In this document: positions 34,505-44,299 of the stretch, in pieces | Numbering within the stretch: position 1 is the stretch's first letter | Layout: every line of letters begins with the position of its first letter | Source of the DNA: Opitutia bacterium | GTDB lineage: Bacteria; Verrucomicrobiota; Verrucomicrobiia; Opitutales; T3Sed10-336 | Length of the DNA: 64,000 nucleotides | Direction of reading: 5' to 3' | Assembly: GCA_050506795.1 (NCBI GenBank) | Contig: JBJHCF010000026.1 | Location: forward strand, 8,349 to 72,348 | The notes under the pieces: model-generated | Told to the model about the DNA's origin: nothing | Database searches by the model: none | Seen by the model: the letters and a program-made list of their open reading frames with translations, nothing else | Position numbers and translations under genes: made by a program

Positions 34505-35476
34505 ATGATTTACCGACGACTGGGCTCTTCCGGCCTTAAACTAAGTGCGCTTTCCTATGGCGCCTGGGTGACTTTTGATCAACAGATTGGCGATGACGTG
34601 GCTTCCAAGTGCATGCACGCTGCTTATGACGCCGGCGTCAATTTTTTCGACAACGCCGAAGTCTACGCCGACGGCAAGGCGGAGGAGATGATGGGGCGGA
34701 TCCTGAAAGATGCCGGGTGGGCTCGCGATTCTTACGCGGTGTCCAGCAAGGTTTTTTGGGGTGGAGAGGCTCCGACCCAGAAGGGACTGTCGAGAAAGCA
34801 TGTCTTCGACGCCTGTCACGCGGCGTTGAAACGCTTGCAGGTGGATTATCTGGACCTTTATTTTTGCCACCGTCCGGATCCGGAGACCCCGATCGAGGAA
34901 ACGGTCTGGGCGATGAATGACCTCATCCGGCAGGGAAAAGTGCTTTATTGGGGCACTTCCGAGTGGAGCGCGGCGGAAATCGTCGAAGCCTACGGCGTGG
35001 CCCGCCAGCACCACCTGATTCCTCCCACCATGGAGCAGCCGCAGTACAATTTGTTTCACCGGGAAAACCTGGAGCAAAATCTCAAGCCGGTTTGCGAGCG
35101 ATTCGGACTCGGAACCACCATCTGGTCTCCGCTGGCCTCCGGGTTGTTGACGGGAAAATACAACGACGGAATTCCAACCGGCACCCGGATCTCGCTGAAG
35201 GGTTACGAGTGGTTGCGCGAGAGCATGACCAATGAGGAGGCCCGTAACAAGATCGCACGGATCCGGCATCTGGCCGATATTGCCGGCGACCTTAACACCA
35301 GTCTGCCAAGGCTTTCGCTCGCCTGGTGCCTGAAGAATCCCTGGGTCAGCACCGTGATTACCGGCGCCTCCCGGCCGGAGCAGGTTTTGGACAATATGCA
35401 GGCGGTGGACCTGCTGGAAAAGCTGACTCCCGAAGTGATCCGCCGGATCGAATCGGTGGTGGAGGGGAATGATTGA
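34505..35476 (+). CDS. Aldo/keto reductase (Kv-beta/YghZ-like)
   Basis: YRRLGSSGLKLS, FFDNAEVY, YFCHRPD, YWGTSEW, WSPLASGLLTGKY. Confidence 0.94.
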   Translation: MIYRRLGSSGLKLSALSYGAWVTFDQQIGDDVASKCMHAAYDAGVNFFDNAEVYADGKAEEMMGRILKDAGWARDSYAVSSKVFWGGEAPTQKGLSRKHVFDACHAALKRLQVDYLDLYFCHRPDPETPIEETVWAMNDLIRQGKVLYWGTSEWSAAEIVEAYGVARQHHLIPPTMEQPQYNLFHRENLEQNLKPVCERFGLGTTIWSPLASGLLTGKYNDGIPTGTRISLKGYEWLRESMTNEEARNKIARIRHLADIAGDLNTSLPRLSLAWCLKNPWVSTVITGASRPEQVLDNMQAVDLLEKLTPEVIRRIESVVEGND

Positions 35477-35591
35477 CCTGTAATTCCCGATTTTACTTGC
35501 CCGAAGCGGAAGAATGAGCAGCGTGTCTTATTCTTCAAGCAGTTGGGAATCGGCCGGGCCCGGTTAGCGGGCCTCGGCTGTTTATCGATTA

Positions 35592-36704
35592 ATGACCGAA
35601 TCCATGCGTATAAAAAACTGGGACACCTTTAGTTTCATCCTTGCCTATCACATCCTCCTGTTGGCGTTGTTGCCGTTCTTTATCGGCGTTTTCTCCTGGC
35701 CGGCCATGGTGCTGTTCCTGGTCACCTTTATAGCGGGTGGATTGTCAATAACCGCCGGTTATCACCGGTTATTTTCCCACCGGTCCTACTCCGCCCACCC
35801 GGTGTACGAATGGACGGTATTACTTATGTCCACGCTGGGAATGCAGTGGTCGGCCCTGATGTGGTCGCACGATCATCGGCTGCACCACAACCACGTCGAC
35901 AGCGACAAGGACCCCTACGCGATCAACAAGGGATTCTGGTACGCTCACGTCCTCTGGCTCTTTGATTATCGTCGCGATTACCAGCCCGGACTGGTGGGGG
36001 ATTTGCTGAGCAACCCCCGGGTCATGTTTCAGCACCGGCACTACATCCTTCTGGCGATTATCGTGAACGCCGCCATCTTCGGCATCGGCTGCCTTTTCAT
36101 GCATCCCCTGGCTTCCTTCTACGCCGGAGTTGTGCTGCGGATTTTTGCCATCCACCATTGCACCTGGTTCATTAACTCCCTGGCGCACACCTGGGGCGCC
36201 CGCACCTACGCTCGCGAATTGAGCGCCGTCGACAACGCCTTTATGGCCCTGCTGACCTTTGGTGAAGGGTATCATAATTACCATCACGTCTTCGCCGGCG
36301 ACTATCGCAACGGCGTGCGGTGGTATCACTTCGATCCCACCAAGTGGCTGGTCTGGACGGCGTCCAAGTTGGGAATCGCCAAAGGTTTGCGCACTGTCGA
36401 TCAAATCCGGATTCAGAAAAAACTGGTTACCAAAGACAAGGAGTTGCTGTTGGATCGACTCAGCCGGGAATTGGATGAGTTCGGAGCTGAAATGCGGGTT
36501 CGAGTGGAGACCCTTTCCGCTCGCTTCGAAGAGAATGCGGCATTGCTGATGGAGCGGTTGAAGGAGTTTAAGGCGGCCTCCGATGAGCGGAGGCGGGCTT
36601 TGAAGGAGGAGATTCGCCGCCTGCGGCAGGAGTTGCGGCTTGCCTGGAAGGAATGGGTTGATTTGACCCGGACCGCCGCCCGTAAGTACACCCTGGCGCA
36701 TTGA
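35592..36704 (+). CDS. Delta-9 acyl-CoA/acyl-lipid desaturase
   Basis: His boxes GYHRLFSH, HRLHH, GYHNYHH; FINSLAH; C-terminal coiled coil. Confidence 0.93.
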   Translation: MTESMRIKNWDTFSFILAYHILLLALLPFFIGVFSWPAMVLFLVTFIAGGLSITAGYHRLFSHRSYSAHPVYEWTVLLMSTLGMQWSALMWSHDHRLHHNHVDSDKDPYAINKGFWYAHVLWLFDYRRDYQPGLVGDLLSNPRVMFQHRHYILLAIIVNAAIFGIGCLFMHPLASFYAGVVLRIFAIHHCTWFINSLAHTWGARTYARELSAVDNAFMALLTFGEGYHNYHHVFAGDYRNGVRWYHFDPTKWLVWTASKLGIAKGLRTVDQIRIQKKLVTKDKELLLDRLSRELDEFGAEMRVRVETLSARFEENAALLMERLKEFKAASDERRRALKEEIRRLRQELRLAWKEWVDLTRTAARKYTLAH

Positions 36705-36737
36705 GCGTAGAATCCGGTCTTCACGCATTATGAGGAG

Positions 36738-36817
36738 GTTGCCTTCCGGCCGAACCACAGGCCGATCCGGTTGGATCGGCCTGTGGTGTGCCTGAGGCGC
36801 CGGCGGATGTTGGCAAC
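36738..36817. repeat. Long GC-rich palindrome (REP/MITE-like or terminator)
   Basis: ACCACAGGCCGATCC-GGTT-GGATCGGCCTGTGGT perfect 15-bp stem, extended by CCGGC/GCCGG and GTTGCC/GGCAAC. Confidence 0.6.
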
Positions 36818-36965
36818 GTGCATTGTAAAGAAGTTGTTATGACTTTGGCATAGGCGTGTAAAAACCCTGCTTTCAGGGCTTTTACCTTGTCTGGCGTAAT
36901 GTTTGCCCTGATGTATAGGATCAACCAATGGGGGCGTTTGATGGTTTCCCATCGGTCCGAAAGCT

Positions 36966-37778
36966 ATGATATCGCCGCCAAGCCATTCCGACCACCGAAC
37001 GATGGTGCCCTCCCGTGTGAAAAACAGGAGGTTTGCCGAAGCGCCCGAACGTTTTGCCGTACGTTTTCCCGACGGCGAGTATCCCGTACAATGTTGCGGA
37101 ATGAAGGCGGAAGAGCGGGCGTTCGTCGCGCGCTATTTACAGGATATCAGCCGCTTGATTGGCGACTATCCCGAGAGGTGGACCAATTGGCGAGAAATGC
37201 TGGACGACGAAACCTGTCCAATGATCGAGTTTGATCCCGAATGGTTCTCCTTTTTGCTGCCACCCAAGAGCTTGACGCGCATGGAGCTCTTCGCCTGGTA
37301 TTGGTTGTGGATCGATCCGGGACGCAAATTGGCGGTGTCGCGTTACGCGTACTCCGAACTGAGCGCGGCTTTCAATGTCGCCCGGCAACCGGTTGAAATT
37401 TGGGACCATCTCTCGGTTACTGTCGCGAAGGCCAATGAGGGCTTGCTTTCCGGCAACGATGCCTTGCTCGACTCGGTCATCGCCGACGGATTTGGTGATG
37501 ACCCAAGAGAACGCCTTGACGGCTCGCTCATCTGGTTTCCCCGGCTGATCGTCGATCACGAACCGGTGGAGGTTTCCGGGTCTCTGATGGCGCGCAAACC
37601 GGAGATAACGGTTTGGGGCTACCTCACCTCGGGCGGGAACGGTTTCGATCGTGTGAACGGTCAGATTCTGGCCCGCCGGATGGATGGCAAGTGGACCCTC
37701 GATCCCCGGCCGGCCCGCATCTATCAATCGGCGCACCTTGTCGACGATGTGGAAGCAAGGCTTGCTTTTTCCGAATAA
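36966..37778 (+). CDS. Hypothetical protein
   Basis: Only plausible ORF filling the gap; protein-like composition; start uncertain (36966/37002/37101). Confidence 0.6.
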   Translation: MISPPSHSDHRTMVPSRVKNRRFAEAPERFAVRFPDGEYPVQCCGMKAEERAFVARYLQDISRLIGDYPERWTNWREMLDDETCPMIEFDPEWFSFLLPPKSLTRMELFAWYWLWIDPGRKLAVSRYAYSELSAAFNVARQPVEIWDHLSVTVAKANEGLLSGNDALLDSVIADGFGDDPRERLDGSLIWFPRLIVDHEPVEVSGSLMARKPEITVWGYLTSGGNGFDRVNGQILARRMDGKWTLDPRPARIYQSAHLVDDVEARLAFSE

Positions 37779-37792
37779 ATCGGTGATCGGCT

Positions 37793-38677
37793 TCAGGTTC
37801 GGCGCAGGTTTTCTATGGCCATGAAGTAGGCGCGGGTGAGACTTTGGAATGCGGGGTCACTTTCCGATCGAATCCGGCGAATCAAGTTTCCGCGTTGATC
37901 GAAAAGGGTCCCTACCGGAATAATACCGCGAACGGCGTTGGTCAAAAATATCGCGTCCGCGCGTTTCAGATCGGCGATCCGGCAGCTTATTTCCTGGACG
38001 GGAAGCCCGAGTTGCTCCGCGGCTTCCAGGACGAAACCTCGTGTGATCCCGGACAGGATTCCGTCGTGGGATCCCGGGGTGCGCAGAGTCTGGTTCCGAA
38101 TGAGAAAAAGATTGGTGGTCACTCCCTCCGCCGCGATGTCGTCATCGGCTGACATCAGGCCCTCGTCTCCCGGTGGAATATTCCGTTCGCGCATTTCCAG
38201 GTGTCCGGCGAGGCTGTTGAGGTAGGCGACGCTTTTGGGGCGCGGGTGGAATTCCGGGGAATTTCGGCGGGCTTCCAGGAGGTGCAGGCCGATCGGGACG
38301 CCATGACCGCGGGGCAGGGGGCGGGGGACCAGCAATTCGGTCGGTTCGCGGTAGGGTTCCCGTGGGAGGCCGCCGGCAACGGGACCGCCGGTAACGGTCA
38401 GACGGAAAACGGCGTCGCCGAGTTTATTGACCCGCAACAGCTCCGCGACGGTCTCCAGCAGGTTTTTTTCGTTCAGGAGGGAAATCGATCCCGTTCGTAT
38501 GTGGAGTTGATCGCAGCCGGCACGAATGCGGCGCAGGTGCTGCTCCAGGCGGAATAGTCCCCCGCCGAAGGTGCGAAAGGTTTCGAAACACCCCGCGCCG
38601 TAGAGAAAACCGTGATCGTTCACCGAAACTTGGGCTTCGTCTTGGGGAAGGATCTTGCCGTTGAGATAGAGGAGCAT
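37793..38677 (-). CDS. pabC: Class IV PLP aminotransferase / 4-amino-4-deoxychorismate lyase
   Basis: DHGFLYGAGCFETFR, HLRR, PKSVAYL, EGVTTNLF, ILSGITR; directly downstream of pabB-like gene. Confidence 0.8.
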   Translation of the reverse strand: MLLYLNGKILPQDEAQVSVNDHGFLYGAGCFETFRTFGGGLFRLEQHLRRIRAGCDQLHIRTGSISLLNEKNLLETVAELLRVNKLGDAVFRLTVTGGPVAGGLPREPYREPTELLVPRPLPRGHGVPIGLHLLEARRNSPEFHPRPKSVAYLNSLAGHLEMRERNIPPGDEGLMSADDDIAAEGVTTNLFLIRNQTLRTPGSHDGILSGITRGFVLEAAEQLGLPVQEISCRIADLKRADAIFLTNAVRGIIPVGTLFDQRGNLIRRIRSESDPAFQSLTRAYFMAIENLRRT

Positions 38678-38686
38678 GGCGGTGAG

Positions 38687-40219
38687 TTATTGGCGAAAGT
38701 TCACTGACGGCGGCAATCGAGCTTCCGCCGCCTCGACGGCGGCCCAAAGCGCTCGGGCTTTGCTCAGCGATTCCTCGTATTCCCTGGCCGGAATGGAATC
38801 GGCGACAATTCCGGCCCCGGCCTGGACGTGAGCCCAGCCGTTTTCGACCAGCAGGGTGCGGATGGTAATGTTCAGTTCCATCTCCCCGCCGGGGCTGATC
38901 CAACCGATCGATCCCGTATAGGGACCGCGGCGGACCGGTTCCAGTTCTTCGATGATTTCCATGGTGCGCACCTTGGGCGCACCGGTAATGGTGCCGCCGG
39001 GAAAAGTGGCGGCAACGACGTCGAGGGCATCCAGCCCTTCCGCTAGGGAGCCTTCGATGTGCGACACGATGTGCCGCACGTGAGAGTAGTCTTCCATCAC
39101 CATGAAATCCCGCACCTTCACGGTGCCAAAGCGCGAAACTCGTCCCAGATCGTTGCGGATCAGGTCGACGAGCATGAGATGCTCGGCTTTCTCTTTGGGG
39201 TTGGTCATCAATTCCTCGGCCAGCGACCGGTCTTTTTCCTCAATGCGGTCACGAGGCCGAGTTCCCGCAATCGGACGGGCTTCCAGGCGGTCGCCGTGGA
39301 GTCGGACCAACAGTTCGGGGGATCCGCTGACCAGAGTCAGTCCGGGGAAGCGCAACAGGCCCATGTAGGGCGAGGGGTTGATTTGGCGCAGGGCTTCGTA
39401 GATCTCCTCCGGGGCGGCCCGCAGAGGCCGCGATTCCCGCAGGGAGAGGTTGACCTGGTAGGTGTCTCCGGCGGCGATGTATTCCTGGATACGGCGTACC
39501 GCGGCAACGAACTTTTTTCGCGACAGCGAAAACCGGGCTTGCCGGGGGCCGGAGGACGTTTGCTCCAGGTCCGGAGGCAAGGGAGGCGGATCCGATTCCC
39601 CGGCGATCCACTGTTGCGCCTGGCGTTCGGCGGTCTCGCGGGCGCGGTCGAAGGCCGCGCGCAGTCGACGCGAATCCTGACGTTCCTCCGGGGTAACGTC
39701 CTGCCAAACCGCGGAATAAAGGGTTCGGCCGACTTGATCGTAAACCAGACACTCGGTCACCACGGCCAGATGATAGAGCGGAACCGGCAGGTCGGGCCGG
39801 GCGATTTCCGGAAGTCTTTCCAGCGTACGGACCAGATCATAAGAGAAATAACCGGCCAGACCACCGAGACAGGGCGGCAACCCGGGCAACCGGGGTCCCC
39901 GTTTCTGCCGCATCCAACCGCGAATCACTTCCAGGGGTTTTCCCGGAAGCCGGGCCAGGACCTCGGGAGTTTCGCCCGAACAATCGATCAGGACACCCGC
40001 GCTCTCGTCTCCGCGCAGCATCTCCGTTATCCGTGGCGCCAGCAAGGTGTGGCGCCCGGTCTTGCCGCTCTCCAGCAAAAGTGATGGTGAGTCTGACCAG
40101 AAGCGTTTCCAGGACGGCTGCGACTTTCGCGCAGGGTACCCCAGCACCAGGGGAATCCGTTCGTAGGAATCCGCCCAGCGTCGCCAATCGGTCCAACTCG
40201 TGCCGTCAATCGTATCCAA
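38687..40219 (-). CDS. pabB: Aminodeoxychorismate synthase component I (anthranilate synthase I family)
   Basis: LLLES, GDTYQVNLS, NPSPY, SPE, RPIAGTRPR, EHLMLVDLIRNDL, FPGGTITGAPK; pabC neighbour favours PabB over TrpE. Confidence 0.8.
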   Translation of the reverse strand: MDTIDGTSWTDWRRWADSYERIPLVLGYPARKSQPSWKRFWSDSPSLLLESGKTGRHTLLAPRITEMLRGDESAGVLIDCSGETPEVLARLPGKPLEVIRGWMRQKRGPRLPGLPPCLGGLAGYFSYDLVRTLERLPEIARPDLPVPLYHLAVVTECLVYDQVGRTLYSAVWQDVTPEERQDSRRLRAAFDRARETAERQAQQWIAGESDPPPLPPDLEQTSSGPRQARFSLSRKKFVAAVRRIQEYIAAGDTYQVNLSLRESRPLRAAPEEIYEALRQINPSPYMGLLRFPGLTLVSGSPELLVRLHGDRLEARPIAGTRPRDRIEEKDRSLAEELMTNPKEKAEHLMLVDLIRNDLGRVSRFGTVKVRDFMVMEDYSHVRHIVSHIEGSLAEGLDALDVVAATFPGGTITGAPKVRTMEIIEELEPVRRGPYTGSIGWISPGGEMELNITIRTLLVENGWAHVQAGAGIVADSIPAREYEESLSKARALWAAVEAAEARLPPSVNFRQ

Positions 40220-40333
40220 GCCGGCGATTGAATAACAGGACCCCGAGTTCTGGCAATAGCGGGATACCGGGCAACATTGCTTGAACGCGTTTGCGGGCTT
40301 TACCTTGGAGACGGTTGTGATTGGATGGTATTG

Positions 40334-41098
40334 ATGCCTGATGTTGCCGTGATTGTTCCCGCCCGCCTGCGTTCAACTCGCTTTCCCCGGAAGCTGCTGC
40401 ACCGGATTGCCGGGAAACCGCTACTTCTCCACGTGGCGGAAAGAATTGCGGCGCAGGCGCCCGAGTACCCGTTGTATTTTGCGGTGGACGATCAGGAGTT
40501 GGCTGAAGTGTTGGACGGGGCCGGTTTTTCCCAGATCATGACATCGACCGGGCACGCCAGTGGTTCGGACCGCCTCGCCGAGGCAAACCAAACCATTCAA
40601 GCCGAATGGGTGATTAATGTGCAGGCAGACGAGCCGTTGGTAACCGGAGAGCAGATTCGGTCCCTGGCCGGGATGGTTGAGGCGGGGGCGCCGATGGCCA
40701 CGCTGGCGACGCGATTCGAGCGCGCGAGCGATTTTCTCGATCCCAACCAGGTGAAGGTGGTCATGAGTGACAACGGCCGGGCCCTTTATTTTTCCCGTGC
40801 TCCCATTCCGTATCCCCGCGACGAAATTGAACGCCTCGACGACGCCTGGGTAGCCGCGAATCCTTGCTGGCGACACCTCGGTTTATATTCCTACCGGGGA
40901 TCCTTTCTTGCCGAACTCACCGCGCTTCCTCCGGGGCGTCTGGAGGGGATCGAACGTCTCGAGCAGTTGCGCGTGCTGGAGAACGGTCACCATATCGCGG
41001 TGGCGCCCACCGATCAGCCGACGATTGGAATCGATACTCCGGAAGACGCCCAACGTTTCGCCCGCTACCTGGGGGACGCCGGCGATTTGGCTAGATGA
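40334..41098 (+). CDS. kdsB: 3-deoxy-manno-octulosonate cytidylyltransferase
   Basis: PARLRSTRFPRK, SGSDR, NVQADEP, ALYFSRAPIP, HLGLYSY, LEQLRVL. Confidence 0.95.
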   Translation: MPDVAVIVPARLRSTRFPRKLLHRIAGKPLLLHVAERIAAQAPEYPLYFAVDDQELAEVLDGAGFSQIMTSTGHASGSDRLAEANQTIQAEWVINVQADEPLVTGEQIRSLAGMVEAGAPMATLATRFERASDFLDPNQVKVVMSDNGRALYFSRAPIPYPRDEIERLDDAWVAANPCWRHLGLYSYRGSFLAELTALPPGRLEGIERLEQLRVLENGHHIAVAPTDQPTIGIDTPEDAQRFARYLGDAGDLAR

Positions 41099-42140
41099 TT
41101 TTCGCGGCCGGTTCCGGGAGATCGTTCTCCTGGAAACCGGCGATTTTTCTCGCCAGAAAATCGATCCAGGCCGGGTGTTCATTGAGACAGGGAATGAGTT
41201 CGTAACTTTCCCCGCCCGCGGCCAGGAAGTCTTCTTTGCCCTGAATTCCGATTTCCTCAAGCGTTTCCAGGCAATCGGAAACAAAGGCCGGGGTGACCAC
41301 CAACAGGCGTTTGACGCCCTCATTGGCCAGACGGACAAATTCCAGGTCGGTGTAGGGTTTGAGCCAGGGTTCGCGTCCGAATCGCGACTGAAAGGACATG
41401 CCGTACTTTTCCGCCGGCAGTTGCAGTCGCGCGGCCACTTCCTCGACGGTGCGCAGGCATTGCGCCCGGTAACAGGTGGATTGCACCGGGCTGCAGGTTT
41501 TGCAGCAGTCGGGCACCACGGTGCAATGGGCCTTCGAGGGATCGCCTTTCCTCAGGTGCCGTTCGGGAATACCGTGAAAACTGAACAGTATGTGGTCGTA
41601 ACCGTTTTTCACATACGGTTCGATTTGTTGGGAGAGTGCGTCAATGTACCCGGGTTCGGCGAAGAACGGGGGCTGTGCGGTGATCCGCATTGCGGGGGCC
41701 ACCTCGCGGGCGAGTTCGCGCACGTTGACCACGGCCGTTTCGTAACTGGACATGGCGTAGTGGGGGTAAAGCGGAACCAGAAAAAGCTCTTTGATCCCGC
41801 GGGACGCCAGTCGCTGCAACGCCTCGCGGGTGGAGGGATTGCCGTATCGCATTGATAGTTCGATTGGCAGATCGGTTTTCTCCTGGAGCAACTGCTGTAC
41901 TTTGCGACTGGTCACCAGCAGGGGAGAACCTTCCTTCGTCCAGATTTTACTGTAGGCTTCCGCGGTTTTCCTGGGGCGAAACGGCAAAACCTTGCAGTAA
42001 AGGATGTAACTCTTGATCGGTTGGGGGGCGTCGAAGACGCGTTCGTCGGAGAGAAATTCCTTTAGATAGCGGCGCACATCCGGAATAGCGGTGGAATCGG
42101 GCGATCCCAGATTGGTAAGGAGAACGGCTTTGCTCGTCAT
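41091..42140 (-). CDS. hemH: Ferrochelatase
   Basis: NLGSP, YLKEFLSDERV, MRYGNP, PLYPHYA, FSFHGIP, FQSRFG, FVSDCLETLEEI. Confidence 0.96.
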   Translation of the reverse strand: MTSKAVLLTNLGSPDSTAIPDVRRYLKEFLSDERVFDAPQPIKSYILYCKVLPFRPRKTAEAYSKIWTKEGSPLLVTSRKVQQLLQEKTDLPIELSMRYGNPSTREALQRLASRGIKELFLVPLYPHYAMSSYETAVVNVRELAREVAPAMRITAQPPFFAEPGYIDALSQQIEPYVKNGYDHILFSFHGIPERHLRKGDPSKAHCTVVPDCCKTCSPVQSTCYRAQCLRTVEEVAARLQLPAEKYGMSFQSRFGREPWLKPYTDLEFVRLANEGVKRLLVVTPAFVSDCLETLEEIGIQGKEDFLAAGGESYELIPCLNEHPAWIDFLARKIAGFQENDLPEPAAKII

Positions 42141-42307
42141 GTCAGGCTAACTGGTTACCGTCACATCGCGCCTTGTCAAATGGTGAAGTCTTTCCAGGGT
42201 CAAACGGTGGGCGAAAAGACCGAGGCGGGTCCTCCGGGGAACAGGAATCCGCCGACGGATTATTCACAGGTTGCGTTCCGCGTAAGACTGGCCTTGTTTG
42301 GAAGGTG

Positions 42308-43441
42308 ATGGCGTTGGATTCAAGGGTAGAGGTCGCGTGTCGGGACGGTTCTCTGCGGGTTTCGGTGCGGGGCGCCTGGTCCCTGTCACAACCGATGCCG
42401 GCGTGGCGAAAAATGGTGAAACGCTCCGCGGGCCGCCGGGAAAAGTTCCGCGAAATCCAGGTGGATGTCGGGGGTGTCGATTCGTGGGACAGTTCGCTGC
42501 TCTTGTTCGTTTCCCAGATTCGAAAATACGCAGATGAATTGAAGGTGCCCTGCAATATGAAGAACCTTCCCGATCTCCTGCAGAATCTGCTGAATCAGGC
42601 GGGCGAAAGCGAATCGGCTGGAGGAAGTCAGAATGCCGCGGCGGCCCCATCCGTGTTGGTTGTTCTGGGCGAGCGTTTCGGAAAGTCTCTGGCCGGGGGA
42701 GGGCAATGGTTGACCTTTTGGGGAGAGTGCCTGCTGGGCGGGTCGCGGATGGCCAGCAGGTGGCGCAAATTCCGTTGGCGCGACTGTCTGATCTTTATGC
42801 AGCAGGCGGGCGCCATGGGACTTCCGATCGTCGGACTGATCAGTTTCCTGGTCGGTTTGATCCTCGCTTACCAGGCGGCGATTCAGTTGAGGGAATACGG
42901 AGCGGAGATTTTTGTCGCCAATCTGGTCGGTTTGTCGGTCGTTCGTGAAATGGGGCCGATGATGACGGCCGTGATCCTGGCGGGGCGAACCGGCGCCTCC
43001 TTTGCCGCCCAGATCGGCAATATGAAAATGAACGAGGAAATCGACGCGCTGGAGACCCTGGGGGTTCACCCCATGGATTTCCTGGTCCTGCCGCGCATGG
43101 TGGCGTTGGTGATGATGGCGCCCTTGCTTACCGTCTATGCCAATCTGTTGGGCGTCCTCGGAGGGTATGTGGTCGGCGTCGGCCAACTCGACATCGCTTC
43201 TTCGGCCTACTGGTATCAAACCCAGGAGGCCATCGGTTTGAACGATCTGGCCGGAGGCTTGATAAAGAGTGTTGTTTTCGGCGTGGTGGTAGCCGCGGCC
43301 GGTTGTCTGCGCGGCCTGCAGAGCGAGCGAAGCTCCGAGGGCGTGGGCCGCGCCACCACCTCGGCGGTGGTTACGGCTATTTTTCTGATTATTGTTCTGG
43401 ACGCGGTATTCGCGGTCCTTTTTGAGCGGGTGGGAATCTGA
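42308..43441 (+). CDS. mlaE: MlaE-family ABC permease with N-terminal STAS-like domain
   Basis: REMGPMMTAVILAGRTG, NEEIDALETLG, VGRATTSAVV; VDSWDSS STAS-like N-terminus. Confidence 0.88.
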   Translation: MALDSRVEVACRDGSLRVSVRGAWSLSQPMPAWRKMVKRSAGRREKFREIQVDVGGVDSWDSSLLLFVSQIRKYADELKVPCNMKNLPDLLQNLLNQAGESESAGGSQNAAAAPSVLVVLGERFGKSLAGGGQWLTFWGECLLGGSRMASRWRKFRWRDCLIFMQQAGAMGLPIVGLISFLVGLILAYQAAIQLREYGAEIFVANLVGLSVVREMGPMMTAVILAGRTGASFAAQIGNMKMNEEIDALETLGVHPMDFLVLPRMVALVMMAPLLTVYANLLGVLGGYVVGVGQLDIASSAYWYQTQEAIGLNDLAGGLIKSVVFGVVVAAAGCLRGLQSERSSEGVGRATTSAVVTAIFLIIVLDAVFAVLFERVGI

Positions 43442-44238
43442 TGAGTGACGTTGATTCGGAGATCCCTTTTATGGTCGAGGTCCGCGACCTTTCCTGCGGT
43501 TACCGTGATACAGTCATCCTGCGGGATGTCAGTTTTTCCGTCCGTCGCGGAGAGATCTATTTCGTGGTCGGCCGCAGCGGTTGCGGCAAGAGCACTCTGC
43601 TGCGCAATTTGATTGGTTTGGAAACTCCGTTGACCGGGGAGGTGCGCTTCGACGGCGAAAATGTGTGCAACGCCGGTCATGAAACCCGCCGCGCCATGCT
43701 GCGCCGAATGGGAGTTCTTTACCAGAGTGCGGCGCTGTGGAGCACCATGACCGTCGCCGAAAATGTCGCCTTGCCACTGGAGGAACATACCACCCTTTCG
43801 CGTCGTGAAATCCGGGAACTGGTGTTCGTGAAGCTGGGCATGGTCGGCCTGGCGGCGGCGGCGGACCGGTACCCGTCCGAGTTGAGCGGCGGCATGCGCA
43901 AGCGGGCCGGGTTGGCGCGCGCCCTGGTGCTGGACCCGGAGATCCTTTTTTTCGACGAGCCGTCGGCCGGCCTCGATCCGGTGAGCGCCCGCAATCTGGA
44001 TCATTTGATTCTGCAGACCCGGGAGAGCCTGGGGACGACCATCCTGGTCGTGTCCCACGATCTGGAAAGCATTTGTGCGGTTGCCGATCGCGTGATTATG
44101 TTGGGGAGGGATGAAAAAACCGTGATCGCGGAGGGTCGGCCAAGGGACCTGGTTCGCGATTCGGGCAATCCGCACGTGAGCGAGTTTTTTCAAAGCGGTT
44201 TGTTTGCCTTCGGGGAACCGAAGAGGGAATCGCCTTGA
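43441..44238 (+). CDS. mlaF: MlaF-family ABC ATP-binding protein
   Basis: GRSGCGKS, ELSGGMRKRAGLAR, FFDEPSAGLD, VSHD. Confidence 0.9.
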   Translation: MSDVDSEIPFMVEVRDLSCGYRDTVILRDVSFSVRRGEIYFVVGRSGCGKSTLLRNLIGLETPLTGEVRFDGENVCNAGHETRRAMLRRMGVLYQSAALWSTMTVAENVALPLEEHTTLSRREIRELVFVKLGMVGLAAAADRYPSELSGGMRKRAGLARALVLDPEILFFDEPSAGLDPVSARNLDHLILQTRESLGTTILVVSHDLESICAVADRVIMLGRDEKTVIAEGRPRDLVRDSGNPHVSEFFQSGLFAFGEPKRESP

Positions 44239-44299
44239 CCGAGAAGGAGTATGAAATATCGAATCCGGCACCAAATTTTGAAGTGATAGGGGAGATGGA

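Noticed and set aside
41091..41098. Convergent 8-bp overlap of kdsB and hemH
   Set aside because: Short 3' overlaps are common in compact genomes
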